64,000 bases of DNA, taken from the NCBI GenBank assembly GCA_964187785.1, contig OZ076418.1:14384001-14448000 (forward strand). Reading direction: 5' to 3'. Origin of the DNA: Amphiscolops sp. MND2022 (Eukaryota). The position numbers were made by a program, and so were the translations under genes. The notes beneath the pieces are model-generated. The model searched no databases. It worked only from the letters and a program-made list of their open reading frames with translations, and was not told the origin of the DNA. Below, piece by piece: positions 1-13,045 of the stretch (position 1 is its first letter; each line of letters begins with the position of its first letter).

Positions 1-1571
1 TGCCGACAAAGATTGGATCTATGATCTCAATGAAAACCCTTATCACAACTTTCCTGCCTATCATCAATTTGAAGTCAATCTAGCTAGTTGGCGCTTAGAA
101 ACTTCTGAGATAGAATTTTTATATGACGATACAGAAAATGTTACGATAATAGATGACCATACACTACCTATTTTGCAGATGGATTTTGTAAACCAACTAC
201 TAAAACTCCTTTCACACTTGTTTGGTTCAGCAATGACTTTTGCTTAACCTTTACATCACAAGATTGTCTTGAAAGAATGACAAAAAATGAAGATCGCTAT
301 TAAATTGAAATAGATTCTTCTGTACATTCTTCACATTCAACAAAACCTGATGCGGCATCTGGCATCAGAGGTACAGCACATCCTTATGTACATGCTCCAC
401 ATACACAAAACCCAAATAACCCTAATCTTTCACGTTTCGAAGTTTTTCCAAATACTCAGACTCTCTGTGGAAACCTAATCCTCTCTATTCTACACAATAT
501 TCTGACCTTTTTGTAACATATACCAATGGTTTCAACATGCATACCGGACAACCTAATTCTCAATCTTTGATTAATGAATACATCTCTGGTAAAATTGTAC
601 TATACAACTCTAATAACAAAAATTCATATTTCCTGCATTAAATGTTTCAAATAACTTTGCTACCATTGATTACGATGCACACGTAAATACAAAAACTGAT
701 TACACTATAAACCATGTTTTTCGTTCTATGACAGTAAAAGAATTAAACACTCTTCATACAGTCTGTGAACTAGAATGAAATCAATTTCTTACAATACTTG
801 CAATGTCAGTACAAAACCCTCAACTTGCTGGATTCCTTTTAACAGGAAATCGTAGTAACTTCTCATACGTCGAAGGCTCAACTGCTTGGCTTTATGATTG
901 TCCACACTTCTTATCTCTTTTATACAAAGCTGATCGATGCTTCGATCGTATCCCTATACATTTTAAAGGTACTCTTATGTACGTAGACGCAATTACAAGA
1001 CAAACTTATGATTATGCTACTCCAATTGCTTGCGAGAATAATCCTTGAAACATTATTGAACTAGTTCTTGATTCTGAAGATCAATATTTCTATATTCTTG
1101 GACCAGAACCTATTAAACGGAAACCACCATTAACGTTTACACCTTCTCAAATTAAAACTACAACACGCCCAAATACTTTCACAGCACAAGATGCTCGAAT
1201 ATTTTCTAAAGCTGAATTTGACCACTTTTGGAGCAGAATTTTATTTTCAAAACATCTCATCTAGCAGACCTGATTACGATGCAAATTCACCTCATGAAAA
1301 TCATTACAATACATTACTTATTGGTTTACATGACAAATTCATAAATCTAACTCCTCTTTTTACACCTACATTGTTTCCAGATGCTTTTATTGCACTGTTT
1401 GGATTGCACTCATGTTACATTTTATTTCAATGTGGAATATATTTCTCTACATTTCTTTTCATACAAGCCACAATAACACTCATCATAAAAATTTATAAAA
1501 CAATTTCAAATAAATACAATCTTAAACAGAATATTACTCTCTTTAGTTCCAAAGCCCATGGTTTTTTTTAA
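1..1571 (+). pseudogene. env: Decayed chuvirus-like / gB-like class III fusion glycoprotein (env-like), 5' end outside the window
   Basis: Manual translation across stops and frameshifts gives CYFADGFCKPTTKTPFTLVW..C, QTLCGKPNPLYSTQYSDLFV, IDYDAHVNTKTDY, CELE*NQFLTILAMSVQNPQLAGFLL, VEGSTAWLYDC, DRCFDRIPIHF..YVDAITRQ..PIAC, ARIFSKAEFDHF, then a hydrophobic TM-like segment (ORF 1191-1571). Motif order and Cys spacing match my recollection of chuviral glycoproteins. Confidence 0.72.
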
Positions 1572-2469
1572 CATCCTCACAGCTCAAATGGTTAATGACC
1601 TTATTGATACTCATCATCATACACCCACATTAGCACTCCAAACTTCCAAATCCTTAGATAACTTTTCTGACAATCCTACAAATTCAATTATTAACCACAC
1701 TGGTATTACTTCCCCTCCACCTTTCTATACAAAACGTCCGAACAAACTTCATATGACACGATTAAAATTATTTCCGGAAAGACGTTACTTTCTTCAAGCC
1801 AAAATTAATCACAGAACTTCTCCACTTCCTTCCTAACCAGAACAACATCCACCATGCCTAAATATTCAACTACTAACACCACTCAGCATGACAATTTGAA
1901 TACTCCATCTGACAATTTAGTCAATAACATTCTTGTCAATGCTGACACTGACAGCCCCATCAAAACATATTCCAAAACTAATTACCCTTTTCCTCCATCG
2001 GTTTAAAATCCAGTCATTCTGCCTCCATCTTTCCCACAGAATACTTAACTACTCATTCGCTCGGAGTCCATTAAAATAATCTTCAAGATTGAGCTTTTTT
2101 CAGACCAAATTCAAACAATTAAAGTAACCGTCCATAGAACCAATACGCTTACACTCAGAATTCGTGTACTAAGACCTACTCCTCTCAAAGTTGATAAATC
2201 AGCTCGTCAGTGTCACCTTTCTCTTTCACAATATTTTCAAAATGACGCAAGCACAAATAGATCTTCAAACACAATTCGAGCAAACTTCCTCTGATCACAC
2301 TACCTCTTTTTAATGATTCTCCTGTTCTCTTCCTTGAAACTCCTGGTCAGACAAATATTAATAATACAAAAACATTGAATAAGCGGAACATACCACTCTT
2401 TCAAAAGTTCACACTCCTCCTGATAATACAAATGAAACACTTTTACCTTCGAAAAAACGCTACGAAATT

Positions 2470-2937
2470 ATGAAAGATCCTCTCTTTTTTTCTTTGCCTG
2501 TATTTCCCCCTACAATACCTCCTAAACCTTCACTTTCTACAAACCGTGACGATCATTTGATCCCACTTCTTTCACAAGACAATTTAATCTTTAAAGCACA
2601 ACACACTTCTCTTTGTATGCATCCTACTGACTATACGTACCGCCTATATGACAAAAATCAAGATTTCTTCACCTCCATTGCTTCTAAAATCATGTCTCTA
2701 TACCAATACTGTTTTGACAATGGAGTAAAAATCTGCTTTCTCCAATTTAGCATTTTACGTCCATCAATCTGTGATTTGAAAATGGATGAATCTGATCCTT
2801 TACTTCTCACTGTTATTAAACATCTTGTTCCTTCTCCACTTGACGATAAAGACAAATCATATTATACAGCTCTTTCTAAACAATCGTATTCATATAATGA
2901 ACTCATTTCATTTCTGCCAAAATCATTTCTTACATAG
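2470..2937 (+). CDS. Unknown 155-aa ORF downstream of the glycoprotein, probably an accessory ORF remnant of the same element
   Basis: ORF track; same A/C-rich strand bias as the glycoprotein region; no recognisable motif. Confidence 0.25.
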   Translation: MKDPLFFSLPVFPPTIPPKPSLSTNRDDHLIPLLSQDNLIFKAQHTSLCMHPTDYTYRLYDKNQDFFTSIASKIMSLYQYCFDNGVKICFLQFSILRPSICDLKMDESDPLLLTVIKHLVPSPLDDKDKSYYTALSKQSYSYNELISFLPKSFLT

Positions 2938-5907
2938 TACGAACAGAACAAAAAGCCGAACATAAACCACCTCCTACTAAACATACATCACCTATTCGAA
3001 ATACTCCTGGAAAACTTTCATCAGTACTCGACAATCGTACTCTTCGGGAAATAAACCATCTACTAGACCCATACAAACGAAATTCCTCTGACACTCTCAT
3101 CACCACTCTCACACACATAGTACATTGCTATGACAGAACACACAAACTCCTAGAATCACATGACCTAGATTCACAACGCATCACTTAATCATCTCAAGCA
3201 ATACAATCTACCTTAGAATCTATAACTACTCTTTTCAACTCAATTAATTATCAATAAATCTCTCTACAGTTAATACAAGTTTCTTTAATTTTCCCAATCT
3301 CTGGTACACTATGGGACATTCATGCTTTAATCAACCTTACAGGTAACATTTTTGTATTTTTCCGCTGAAAATTGCATAAGATTTTCGAAAATTTTTTAGT
3401 ATATCGAAAGACTTATGGTACATACATTATTCGCCTTCTCTTAATCTTCTTTTAGACCTTATATACATGCAATATTTTTGCCCTACCTTACATTTAAACT
3501 TCTCTAGACTCGACTCATACAAAATACAAGACATATTCACCAACACATCTACAATACAAAACATATTAGCACCCAAACATGTTACTATTTAGCACCAAAC
3601 TTCCTTGTACATATGTCGAAAGTTTGTTGTCAATTTTTCAGAACTCTTTTGTTTTAGAAACATCCATTCTTCTTTCTCCTTCCTTTTGTCTTCTTGGCCC
3701 AAACCCACAACAGTACAGCCTTTTTTCAGGATTTCTCTCAGAATGGCTCCAGAACCTAAAACGACAGCAAATTTTATTTCTTCAAATAACGCTATTAGTC
3801 TCAAAGCCGCCGTCACAATGGCTTTCAAACTTTCCTTGGAAATTAACACCGACAAAGTTACTATTGCTACCAAACGATCCTTTCCGAAAGTATAAAACAA
3901 CGTGTGCAAAATCAAATTATTATCCACCTGTTTTTATAGTACACAAGTCATTCTTACCGAACAAAAATTTTTTCTAGGATTTTTTACAGAACACGAAAGT
4001 TATCTGCTTTAAAACACGTACAACAAATCTTGTATTTCACTCCACAACTGTGAACAAAATTTTCCAATTTTTTTCTTTTTAACTTTTGGTACAAAAACTT
4101 TTCAAATGTTTGAAACCTTCAATCGTTGAGAAAAAACTTTTTGCTTCCGCTCTGCTAATCACTTTTGTTGAAAATGAACTTCAACTAGAACTTTGACATT
4201 CCAAAACTTCTTCACTCTTGGTTCTAACAGCCGTCACTGTTTGTTCACAACTCATTGACAAACTTTTCAAATAGCTCTTCAACTTGAAAAAGTTTTCAAT
4301 TCTGAATAACTCATGTTGAAGTATACATTTTTTTCAAACAAGTTGATGGCAGACGCGAAAAATTAGTACATAGTAGTAAACAAGTTGTCAATATTAACTT
4401 GAACAAAACTGTCAGTCATTCCAAACTGAAACGTTTGCACCAATTTGAATCGTCACTTACGTAAGAAGTCAAATCGTCATAGGTTGTTCTCACTCCTTAA
4501 GTATAGTACACTTTAGAACAAAACTCATGCATACAACATCTGAAACATACACTTTCGAACTCATCAATTCCAAGGTGCATTTATAAATAGTTAATTATCA
4601 AAAACTCCCGGTTGATTGTGATGCCATGAAGCATGTCCTCAAGAACTTTTATATAAATTTGAAAGTCACCAATTTCAAAAAATATAGATGTCATTTCATT
4701 CGAGGTAAATTGATTTTGACTAGATAATTAACACTCAGAGATAACTTCATTAATACCCTGAGACAATCTCATTAGTGACGGAGAAAATTAGAATCTTAAC
4801 TGAAGAACAGTTTCATCTTAGGAGAAGACTTCACTGAGATCTCAGATATATTGAAAATAGAAATAGCTAGGTAGTAGTATCTTAGAACTTAGACGATATC
4901 GCTGCTAAGAAACTTAGACTTCTTATGTACTCACTGAAAGAAATAAGAATAACAACCACACCAGTTTTTAACAGCTCATGACAATTACCAAATATCAAAA
5001 ATGTCTCTTTCACATTACTAAAAACTCCTGAAATTTTGGTGCAAACTCCTCAACGCTTTCAATTTTCCATCGAAAATTCCTCTGAAATGAATGTTTTCTA
5101 TTCAAGTAGAAACTTACACCCATTACCATTAAGCAGTGATTTTCATTTAAATGATTGCTTAACAGTGACACATCAGATTCAAACGTTTACAAAGACGCCA
5201 AATATCCGTCAAAAGTGAACCCTTATTGAATAACAGTGACGTTTATTTTGAGAAAAAAAACGTTCACTCTGGCGCCAAAAATTGCTAATCTGAAATGAAA
5301 GCCAAGAGAATCTAAATTAATCTTCAACATCGATCCAAACTCCAGGATTTCATTTAAAAAAAACTCAGGTCACTTGTGAAAAAACGTTGAAATCAAACGA
5401 ACTTGAAATGAACATCTCATCTTGTACATACTTTCTACGATCAAGTTACCTTAACTCTAATCTCAACAAAACTGAACATAACTTTTCATAAAATTTGTCG
5501 TCTAACAATTGCAAGACGAAAAACTCAAAATTGACCTTTCCGGAAAGAACTTATATCTCAAAATCCTTGAAAATTTTGTCACGATTTAAAGAAAAAACGA
5601 AGTAACAATTTGAGACAAAAAAGTGATATGTCAACAAAGACTTCCTCCAATTTTTGACAAGCACTCAATCAATCACCGCGAAACTCGGCATGTACAAACT
5701 AGAGGTGTTAACTCAACTTTTGGTTCGGCGCATCCAACCTCGTGTCTCCCCCTCATTTCCGTGCAATTTGCACCGAAGTTTATACCAGGATGAAATAACT
5801 TCGTTAGAAACACAAATCTTGGAATCAGCTTTTAAGAGTTCGTACATGCAAATGAGTTTTTCTGATAGTCGTGGTATGTAGTTTCGGTAGTAATTGACAA
5901 AGCCCAG

Positions 5908-6630
5908 TTATTTTTGAACTTGTTTCTTGGATTTCGAGAAGCGGACTGTGGCGAGGAAATTCTTGATTTTTTGGTCTTGTGACGCTATTCCGTCAGGAGT
6001 GATGGTTCTTCCAAGGAATTCAACTTGTGTTACTCCGAAGTGGCATTTTTCGATGGTCAATTTTAATCCTGCCTTTCTGATGCATTTGAAGACTGCTCTG
6101 ATTTTTTTGATAAGTTGTTCCGTTGTATGCGCGGCGATTCCAATGTCATCTACATACTGTGCGCACTGGTCTGCTTTGATGACCGAGTCGAGATATTCCC
6201 GCATGAAACTTGAAAATGCTGACATGGCTCTGCTTAATCCTTGGGCCAGGCGACGATAGGCAAACGTCCTACTAGCAAAGTTAAAAGCAAGTAATTCTAC
6301 TGACCTTTGATCTGCCATTTGAAGGCAGTGATACGCCTGGGAGCAGTCAAGTTTGCAGAAAAGGTTCTTCCCTGCTAGGTGTTGTGCCGCATCTGAGAGG
6401 GTGCTGACTGGATGGTTGTTATTGATGTTGTCGTCGGCTATGAGTGCGTTGATCTTCCGTAGGTCCACTAGAAGTCTCAGTTTGCCGTTGGGTTTCCGTT
6501 GCGCGAATATTGGGCTGGTATATTTGGGGAATGGGAGCGTCGTGATTATGCCGTATTTGTGCATGAGAGCCAGTTCCACTGTTAGATCTTCTTTGAGGTT
6601 GATGGGGACAGGTAGGCTCTGAGTGTACAC
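5908..6630 (-). pseudogene. pol: E0 reverse transcriptase fragment
   Basis: KLRLLVDLRKIN, FCKLDCSQAYH, LAQGL, QYVDDIGIA, KCHFG...EFLG. Confidence 0.95.
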
Positions 6631-6637
6631 TGGTTTG

Positions 6638-7741
6638 TCATCTTTTGGGGGTGAGGCTGACTTTGAATTGCGTATTCATTCCGATATCGAGCCTGTGGCG
6701 TGCAAATATGTCATGGAACTCGACAATTGTGGCCTCGAGGCTTTCACGGTCCTTTCCTGTAGTTATTGAATCCGTCCATTTGAACATTGAAAGGAATTTG
6801 GTTCGAGATTGTTCGTTTTCGGTAGGGTCTAGTTTTTCAAGTTCGGCTAGTTCTCGAAATTGTTTGAGGATTCGACGTTGTGTTGGCGAATGTTCTGATT
6901 CGTTTCCTGGATCTTCGGGTGTGGGGAACAAGAATTTTTCTTCCTTGTCATCGGGGCGCTCTACTTGCATTAGTACGTTGATAAACGTCACGACATCTTC
7001 ATGTTCTGTTAAGAGGTTGAGTGCGGCTATGTCGACAGGGGGTATCATTTTCGTTTCTTCTGGTTTAAGTATTTGCAGTTTGGATATTTTGGTGTCAGCA
7101 GCTATTGTGTATGGGAAATCTGTGGTGTTGGCAACTTTTATTGCTACTTTCTTTCCTCTGGCCGTAGTTATTGCCGGGGCTACCATTAGTTTTGAGGATT
7201 CGTCAAACTGGGGCAGAGGTTGGATGGTTCCGATTATTGGGTTTTCGTTGCTCGCCGGAGGGATGCGTAAATGATACGGGTGGATTGTGCTGGGATCGTG
7301 TGTTTGGCTTCCGTTTTTGCTGTGATTGGTTTGGGATTGCATTTCATCGGTGAGGGCCATTGTAATTTGGATTTTTGGGAAGTCGATTGTTCCTTGAGCA
7401 GTGTCAATTATTGCGGCATGTTTGCGTAAGAAGGCTAGTCCGATGATGGGAAATGTCGTTTGGTTCATGACTATGAACGTTTCTTCGAAGGTGTAGTCTC
7501 CGATTTTGAAGCGTAGTGTGTACGTCGCAAGTGGTTGCTCTAGTTCAGCGTTAGCAAATTGTACCTTGAAGGGTGGCGGAGTTGCCTTGTTGATTATGCA
7601 GTGGTTAGCGTTTTGCCGGTGGCGTTCGCCGTCTCTTTCGCTGATAGCGTTAATACATGCACCGGAGCCAACTAACGCGTCAATTTTGATGGCGCTGAAG
7701 TCGACTGGTAGAAAAAGCATTGTCTTTCTTTTTGAGTGCAA
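6638..7741 (-). pseudogene. pol: E0 protease and PR-RT linker, frameshifted from RT; catalytic motif degenerate
   Basis: DALVGSGACINAIS (D[S/T]G altered to GSG), PIIGLAFL, FPTPE, DIFARHRLDIG; colinear with E1 and E2 pol. Confidence 0.9.
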
Positions 7742-8357
7742 CTGCAGACATTAACGGGATGTATTCATGTTCTTTGTCATGCTGGATGAATTCTTTGATG
7801 ACGTCTAAGTGTTCGGGTAGTGTTTGGGCACAGTCTGTTGTTCATCTTCTTCAGCGTTCATGGCTGTGGCTGGCACAGTTTGTGGTGGTGATGAGGTCGA
7901 AGCGGTGTTCTCTTGCTGTTCTCTTGCTTGTCGTGACCATATTGCTTTGTCCTCGATGCACATGATATTCTCAGCATTTATTGGTGTGGACGTGATGGTG
8001 ACGGGTACTGTCGGGGACGGTGTTGTTCTTTTTAGGATTGGAGACGGCGGTGATGGTCGATTTGTAATCTCTGTGGATTGGGCTTGGGGGTTTGGAACCT
8101 GGATTTTGAAAGAGAATTTATTTGTGTCATAGATGGTTGGTTTGTCCCAAGGGTCACATCTGTAGTCTCTGTCGTATATGTAAATGCGTTCCGTTTTTGA
8201 TTCTGGCAGGGGTCTTTTGAGTGTCGCATAATTATCGGGTGATTCTGTTATCCATTGGGGTAGTGGTGTTGGATCTTCTGGATGTCTGGCGTTGTGTCTA
8301 AGTATCATGCCGACGTTCCAGCAACGTTGCCAGTCTTGAGTTGGTTCTTCATTGCAC

Positions 8358-9953
8358 TCAGTCATGAAATCTTCTTCGTATCTGTTTGGGGGGTCTTCGA
8401 TTGTGTATGCACTCGCGTCTACCGTTTCCCCAAAGCGTAGGCGCGGCAATTTCAGTTTTTTGGCTGTGGGACTGCGGCAGGCACTTGTTGTTCGCTAATT
8501 TTGTTGGTTGGGATGGTGAATTCACGTCTTTTCTTCCGGGGGTCACTGGCGGCATTGGCGCCATCCCAGCAATTTTTGGTTTTATGTGTTTTTCCGCTGT
8601 TGCCACATTTCAGTTTCGGTGCTTCTCCCTGATTTGCGTCGGTATTGCCCGATCTGGTTGCGTAGTATCTTTCTCTTCGGAGCTTTATGCATTGTGCTTT
8701 GTAGTGGCCGTATTTGCCACAGTGGAAACAATAACCCCTTTGCTGTTGTTTTTTTGTCGTCCGTAGTTACAGCGTCCACTGAGTTGAGTGGGACAAGGGT
8801 GGTTTCTTCAGGCGCGCCCAATCCGTTTAGACGCATTTCTCGTTCAAGGTGTAGAACGATGTCATTATAGGGTTTATCTTCCAAAAATGCTCTGTTGAGG
8901 ATCTGTTTGACATGATCCGGCATTTTGGCGTAGATTGCGTTATCAATGAATTTTTGTGCTTCAGCGCCAAACGCTTCTTTTGCGGTTTTTTGCAATGCGT
9001 CGAGAAATTCATGGAGTTTTTGTTTGGTGGGATCAAAATGTAGCGCGTCCCACTCGCATCTTGCTTTAGCAGAGGACTGGAAATCGCCAAAACGACGTTT
9101 GAAGGCCGTTATGACTTCTTCCAGGTTGTCTTTTTTAGTGTCATCTAGGTTGCAATACGCTTGGAGCGCGTTCCCTTGTAGAAATAGTTTATTTTTAAAG
9201 TTTCCGTTAGGTGGGAGTACATTTTGATGTTGTTTCGGAATAGGTCCTCAAAATGTTCAAATAATTCGGACTTACCATCGAAAACTGGAAGCGAAGCAGT
9301 GAGTGCTTTCCGCATCGGAAGTAGATTGGTAGATGGGAATGTCTGCGGTTCTGGCGCTAACAGAATTTTGATGTAGAGGGGCGGTCTCTAGTTTGTTCGC
9401 TAGAGGGACGTTGCTGTTTCGGCCTTTTGGCGGGTTGATTGGTGGAGTCATTGAGGACTCCTGTCACCATGTTACGACTATTGACCGGAGTTGTTTTAGT
9501 AGTAGTCGCAGTTACTATTTTGACAGGTGTTGACGTTCGGGCAGTAGAGATGTTTTCTAATTCGGAGTCTGAATCTTGGTTTTCCATCGAGGCTGTGCGT
9601 TTCTTATTCAGGGGTGCTATTAACTTGAACATTTCTTTTTGGTTTTCAGCTAGTATTTTTGATAGATCAGATAAAATCTCCTTTCTCAAAGATGCTTTTA
9701 TCACGTTCAGATCTTCAGGCTCAGTTCTAGAAGTTTTGCTACAGCTAGCAACTAAGTTTTCAGCTAGATTGTTTTCAGCTAAAGAAGTCTCAAGCTCTCC
9801 TGACGCCAACTCAGCTACAGCTTTTTTTTCTGGCTTCTCGTTGTCATTTTCGAAAGGGAAGAAATTATTGGGTTTTTTAAGAACAGTGAATTTAATAGAG
9901 AAGGATTCACGGAACTCTGTCGTTATCAATTTCAAAACAGTACAAATTATCAA
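8358..9953 (-). pseudogene. gag: E0 gag, frameshifted, starting inside the LTR
   Basis: AFGAEAQKFIDNAIYAKMP and LHLEREMRLNGL match E1/E2 gag; a CCHC knuckle (CFHCGKYGHYKAQC) is read in the alternative frame near 8700-8740. Confidence 0.88.
9457..9469 (-). other. E0 primer-binding site, tRNA-Leu type
   Basis: TGGTGACAGGAGT immediately after the LTR end; 12 of 13 nt match the E2 PBS. Confidence 0.85.
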
Positions 9954-11324
9954 CTGATTATTCAGAATTGCATCAACTATATATACCTTCTTAGCATCAT
10001 TTGTTCCTCACCTAAAAATTCCTAGGAATCACAAAAATCGGGATTGTTCATACGAAATCTTATTTGATTCAAATTATTTCAACCCTATGTCAACAAATCA
10101 GGATTTGAAATTCCTAACAGCGTCACAAGATCGTCACAATTGTTAAAAATTTTTGTTCATTCACATCTACTTCATGTTTCGCTTTTAAAGGGCTGCAAAA
10201 TAAAAGTCGACTTGAGTATTCTATCAATAAAGGTACGCTGGCGTGAACAATTAGTCAGAATCGAAACCTGAGGTTACCGAAAACCGCGGTGAAAAATATG
10301 ACTAATGAATATGGCGACGCAACTGAGACTCTGTCAACTATACCGATAATGGCTATTATGGAGGAACAAAATTCTGCTAAGATTTCCAATGAATCGGTTT
10401 CCAATTAACAACTTCAACTTGCCTCCAAAAATCGTATATACTACGACATATAACAAATGTAAAATGAGCATCACTCAATACATCAAACTCAGCAATTCTA
10501 TAATCCAACAAAACTAAAATCAAAACATAAAAACTTCTCTGGTACACCAGATTTAAACACATCATACAATTCCTTAGCAAACGTCATAGCAATAAAAACA
10601 ATACATGGAATTGTCTAAAATAGCGTTGACCTATCGTCATTATTATATGAATATAAAGGGAACCGTTTTGTAATTGATCTAGGTGAAGTTATATCATACT
10701 TGACGTTCTATCGACGCTATTTCGAGATTACAACAAAAATTAGGCTTTGGCAAAACACAATGTAAATTCAATTGGAGTTTCGACTTTAAAATCTTTCCCT
10801 TACGACGCAGTCTAATGTTGAAAATTGAAAACACACACTGGGTATCTATTCCTAACTAACGATCACGAAGCGTATTGGTGGAAATCATATCCTTCATTCC
10901 TTAAACCTTAAAGTGTGACGTAGTTTTGACGTACGTATTAAGATTAGTTATAGCAAGCTAGCTGTTTAGTAGAGTTAGAGCGGAGCAACTGCCATTCTTA
11001 AATTCATTTTTAATGACGTCACTAGAACGATTCTCACTAGCTCGAGCGCAAATATGCTGGTTTGCTGTGATGGTATTGATCCATAAATTAGAATTACCAG
11101 TATTTTGTTAGCCTGAGTGACGTTGCCATAACGCTATAAGAGCATACTTAAATTACTTGACTGTAAATCAAGTGGGTTTACTTCAAACACTGAAAACAAA
11201 TCCCCTATACTAATTTAATGTCCTTTTCATTTTAGATCGTATGTATTCCGTTGGGATCGCGGAATTAAATGATATTTTTGATGTTTTCGTTTCAGTGTGG
11301 AGAAGGAAGAAATTGATCCCTGAG

Positions 11325-13045
11325 TGTCGCCGGGCTTCCCCTGCGAGATGTCCGGAGTGCAGCATCGATGATCAGTTCAACATGCTCCTTTCTACCGTCT
11401 GAGACTCGAAGATCCGAATCAAATCATCATCAGTGGTACAGACTTCAAAAACATTTAGAGTTACTTAAACTGAGATAATTGTTTTGAATGTTTGTTCTTG
11501 TTGCTATTTTCTTAGCATTCGTTTGTGTTATAATGTTCGTTAATGTTGAATTGGACGCCTTGTTGCCTCCACTGATTTAATTAAAACAGCGGTTTAACCG
11601 TTGGCAAATCGAAAGAAAAAGAAAAAAAAACTTTGATCAAATAAATTAGTCTCTAGTGACAATGTTACTAGTTGACCCAAGCCGAGCCTTTATTTTTACT
11701 CCCACTTTACATCATAAGAGTGTACTGTAGTTTGAAATAGCTTTCAAAATAATAGAGCATTTGTAGCAAGACTATGTAGGAAGCTTTCATGATCAGCATG
11801 ATGAATTACCCATGAAACAGCATACTGTGCTCATACTTCTTTTCATTGACAGTTTATACTGCTTTATGCAGTTCTTACTAGCATAGCAGTTCTGCCGCAT
11901 ATGCGGCTTTTGCTAAAAAACAGCATGGCGACTACATCCGGGTACACGTTTATACTCCTCACCGCATTATGCGGAAATATCTCAAAACAGCATGATGTTT
12001 AATTCATAATTAACATAATGAACAACAGTGGAACAGTACCGAGGAATTATACTGCATTATGCGGTTTCCATAAAACAGTATAAATGCGGATATACTGACG
12101 GAACGTCATAATCCGCATATTGCTTCTACAGTAATTTACTGATGTAGCTGTGCTATATTTAGACCTTCTAGGGATATGACGTTATGAATTATTTTTAATC
12201 CCTGACCCTAGAAACATGACGTTATGATGATTTGTATAAAATTGATTGTCATGCTACTAAAAATACCACCCAATAGAATCATTCGAAGAGAGTCCCTAAG
12301 AAATCATTTTTCCCCACATTCATTCGAAAAAATCTCACGCAGAACACAGTCACTCAATTTCACAAACTACCCACAGTTCTCAAACTTTGCAGTTTTCTTT
12401 CTTTGTAAAGATAACTTCCACGGTTTCATTTCACCAAAATATCTTTGTAATTCAAAGATTTCTACACTCAACACTGTTTTCATCATGGAAAATAAAAGAA
12501 ATAGACGTTCAAGCAGGATAGAATCTCAGTCATCAGACAGAGAAGAGAATGCTTCAGAAACAAGATTCACTCAAGGTAATGCGACTTTAGTTGATGTTTC
12601 TGAAAATGTTAATAACATTTTTGACAGTAACTTAGGTAGTGAACTGACAGAACCTTCACAAATCAGCAATGAAATAGATGTAATATCCCAGAGATTATTT
12701 TTGAACAAAACAGTAACAAGATGACACAAATTGAACAGCAACTGAATAGTAAATTCGAAGAGATACTCAGAGAAATTAGAACAAATAAAGAAAGCAATTT
12801 GGCAAATGATGAAGAGGATGCCGAGAACACCAGGCCAGGTCCATCTAACTCGAGAAATAGAAGTCTCAGGAGTAACCACGCATCAAATACAACACTAGAC
12901 AGAGACAAAAATCAGGATGATCAGTTTTGCCTTTCTGAAATGAGTGAATTGAGACAACCGTACACACCACTCGGAATTGCTAATGAGACACTAGACGAAA
13001 CTATCATTATAAACGAAAACAGACAGGAGAATGCCGATCATCACA
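11325..13045 (+). repeat. E1 5' LTR (1721 bp)
   Basis: Near-identical to 25510-27215; TG...CA termini; TSD on the outer side and PBS on the inner side. Confidence 0.95.

Larger units (their letters stand above)
5800..11324 (-). mobile_element. E0: 3'-truncated, decayed Ty3/Gypsy element (5' LTR, PBS, gag, protease, RT); integrase and 3' LTR absent
   Basis: Pol similarity ends near 5800 (LGFVNYYRNYIPRLSEKL...VSNE). LTR end ...GTCGTAACA at 9470 is followed by PBS TGGTGACAGGAGT. The outer LTR boundary is uncertain. Confidence 0.85.

Noticed and set aside
4617-4972. 3' LTR of the glycoprotein-bearing element (TGTGATG...TTTAACA)
   Set aside because: TG..CA ends are suggestive, but there is no second copy, TSD or PPT in the window.
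5927-9957. Plus-strand ORFs overlapping E0 gag/pol, and similar short opposite-strand ORFs over E1, E2 and E3 gag/pol
   Set aside because: Shadow frames of coding sequence; no motifs or splice support.
10915-11189. Independent solo LTR (TGTGACG...TCAAACA)
   Set aside because: No TSD or partner; equally explained as part of the E0 LTR.
12224-12484. Upstream extension of the LTR ORF (MMICIKL...) as the true Gag start
   Set aside because: Low-complexity AT-rich sequence with no counterpart in E0, E2 or the LTR remnants, which begin with basic M(E/G/S)N-type or MAG starts.
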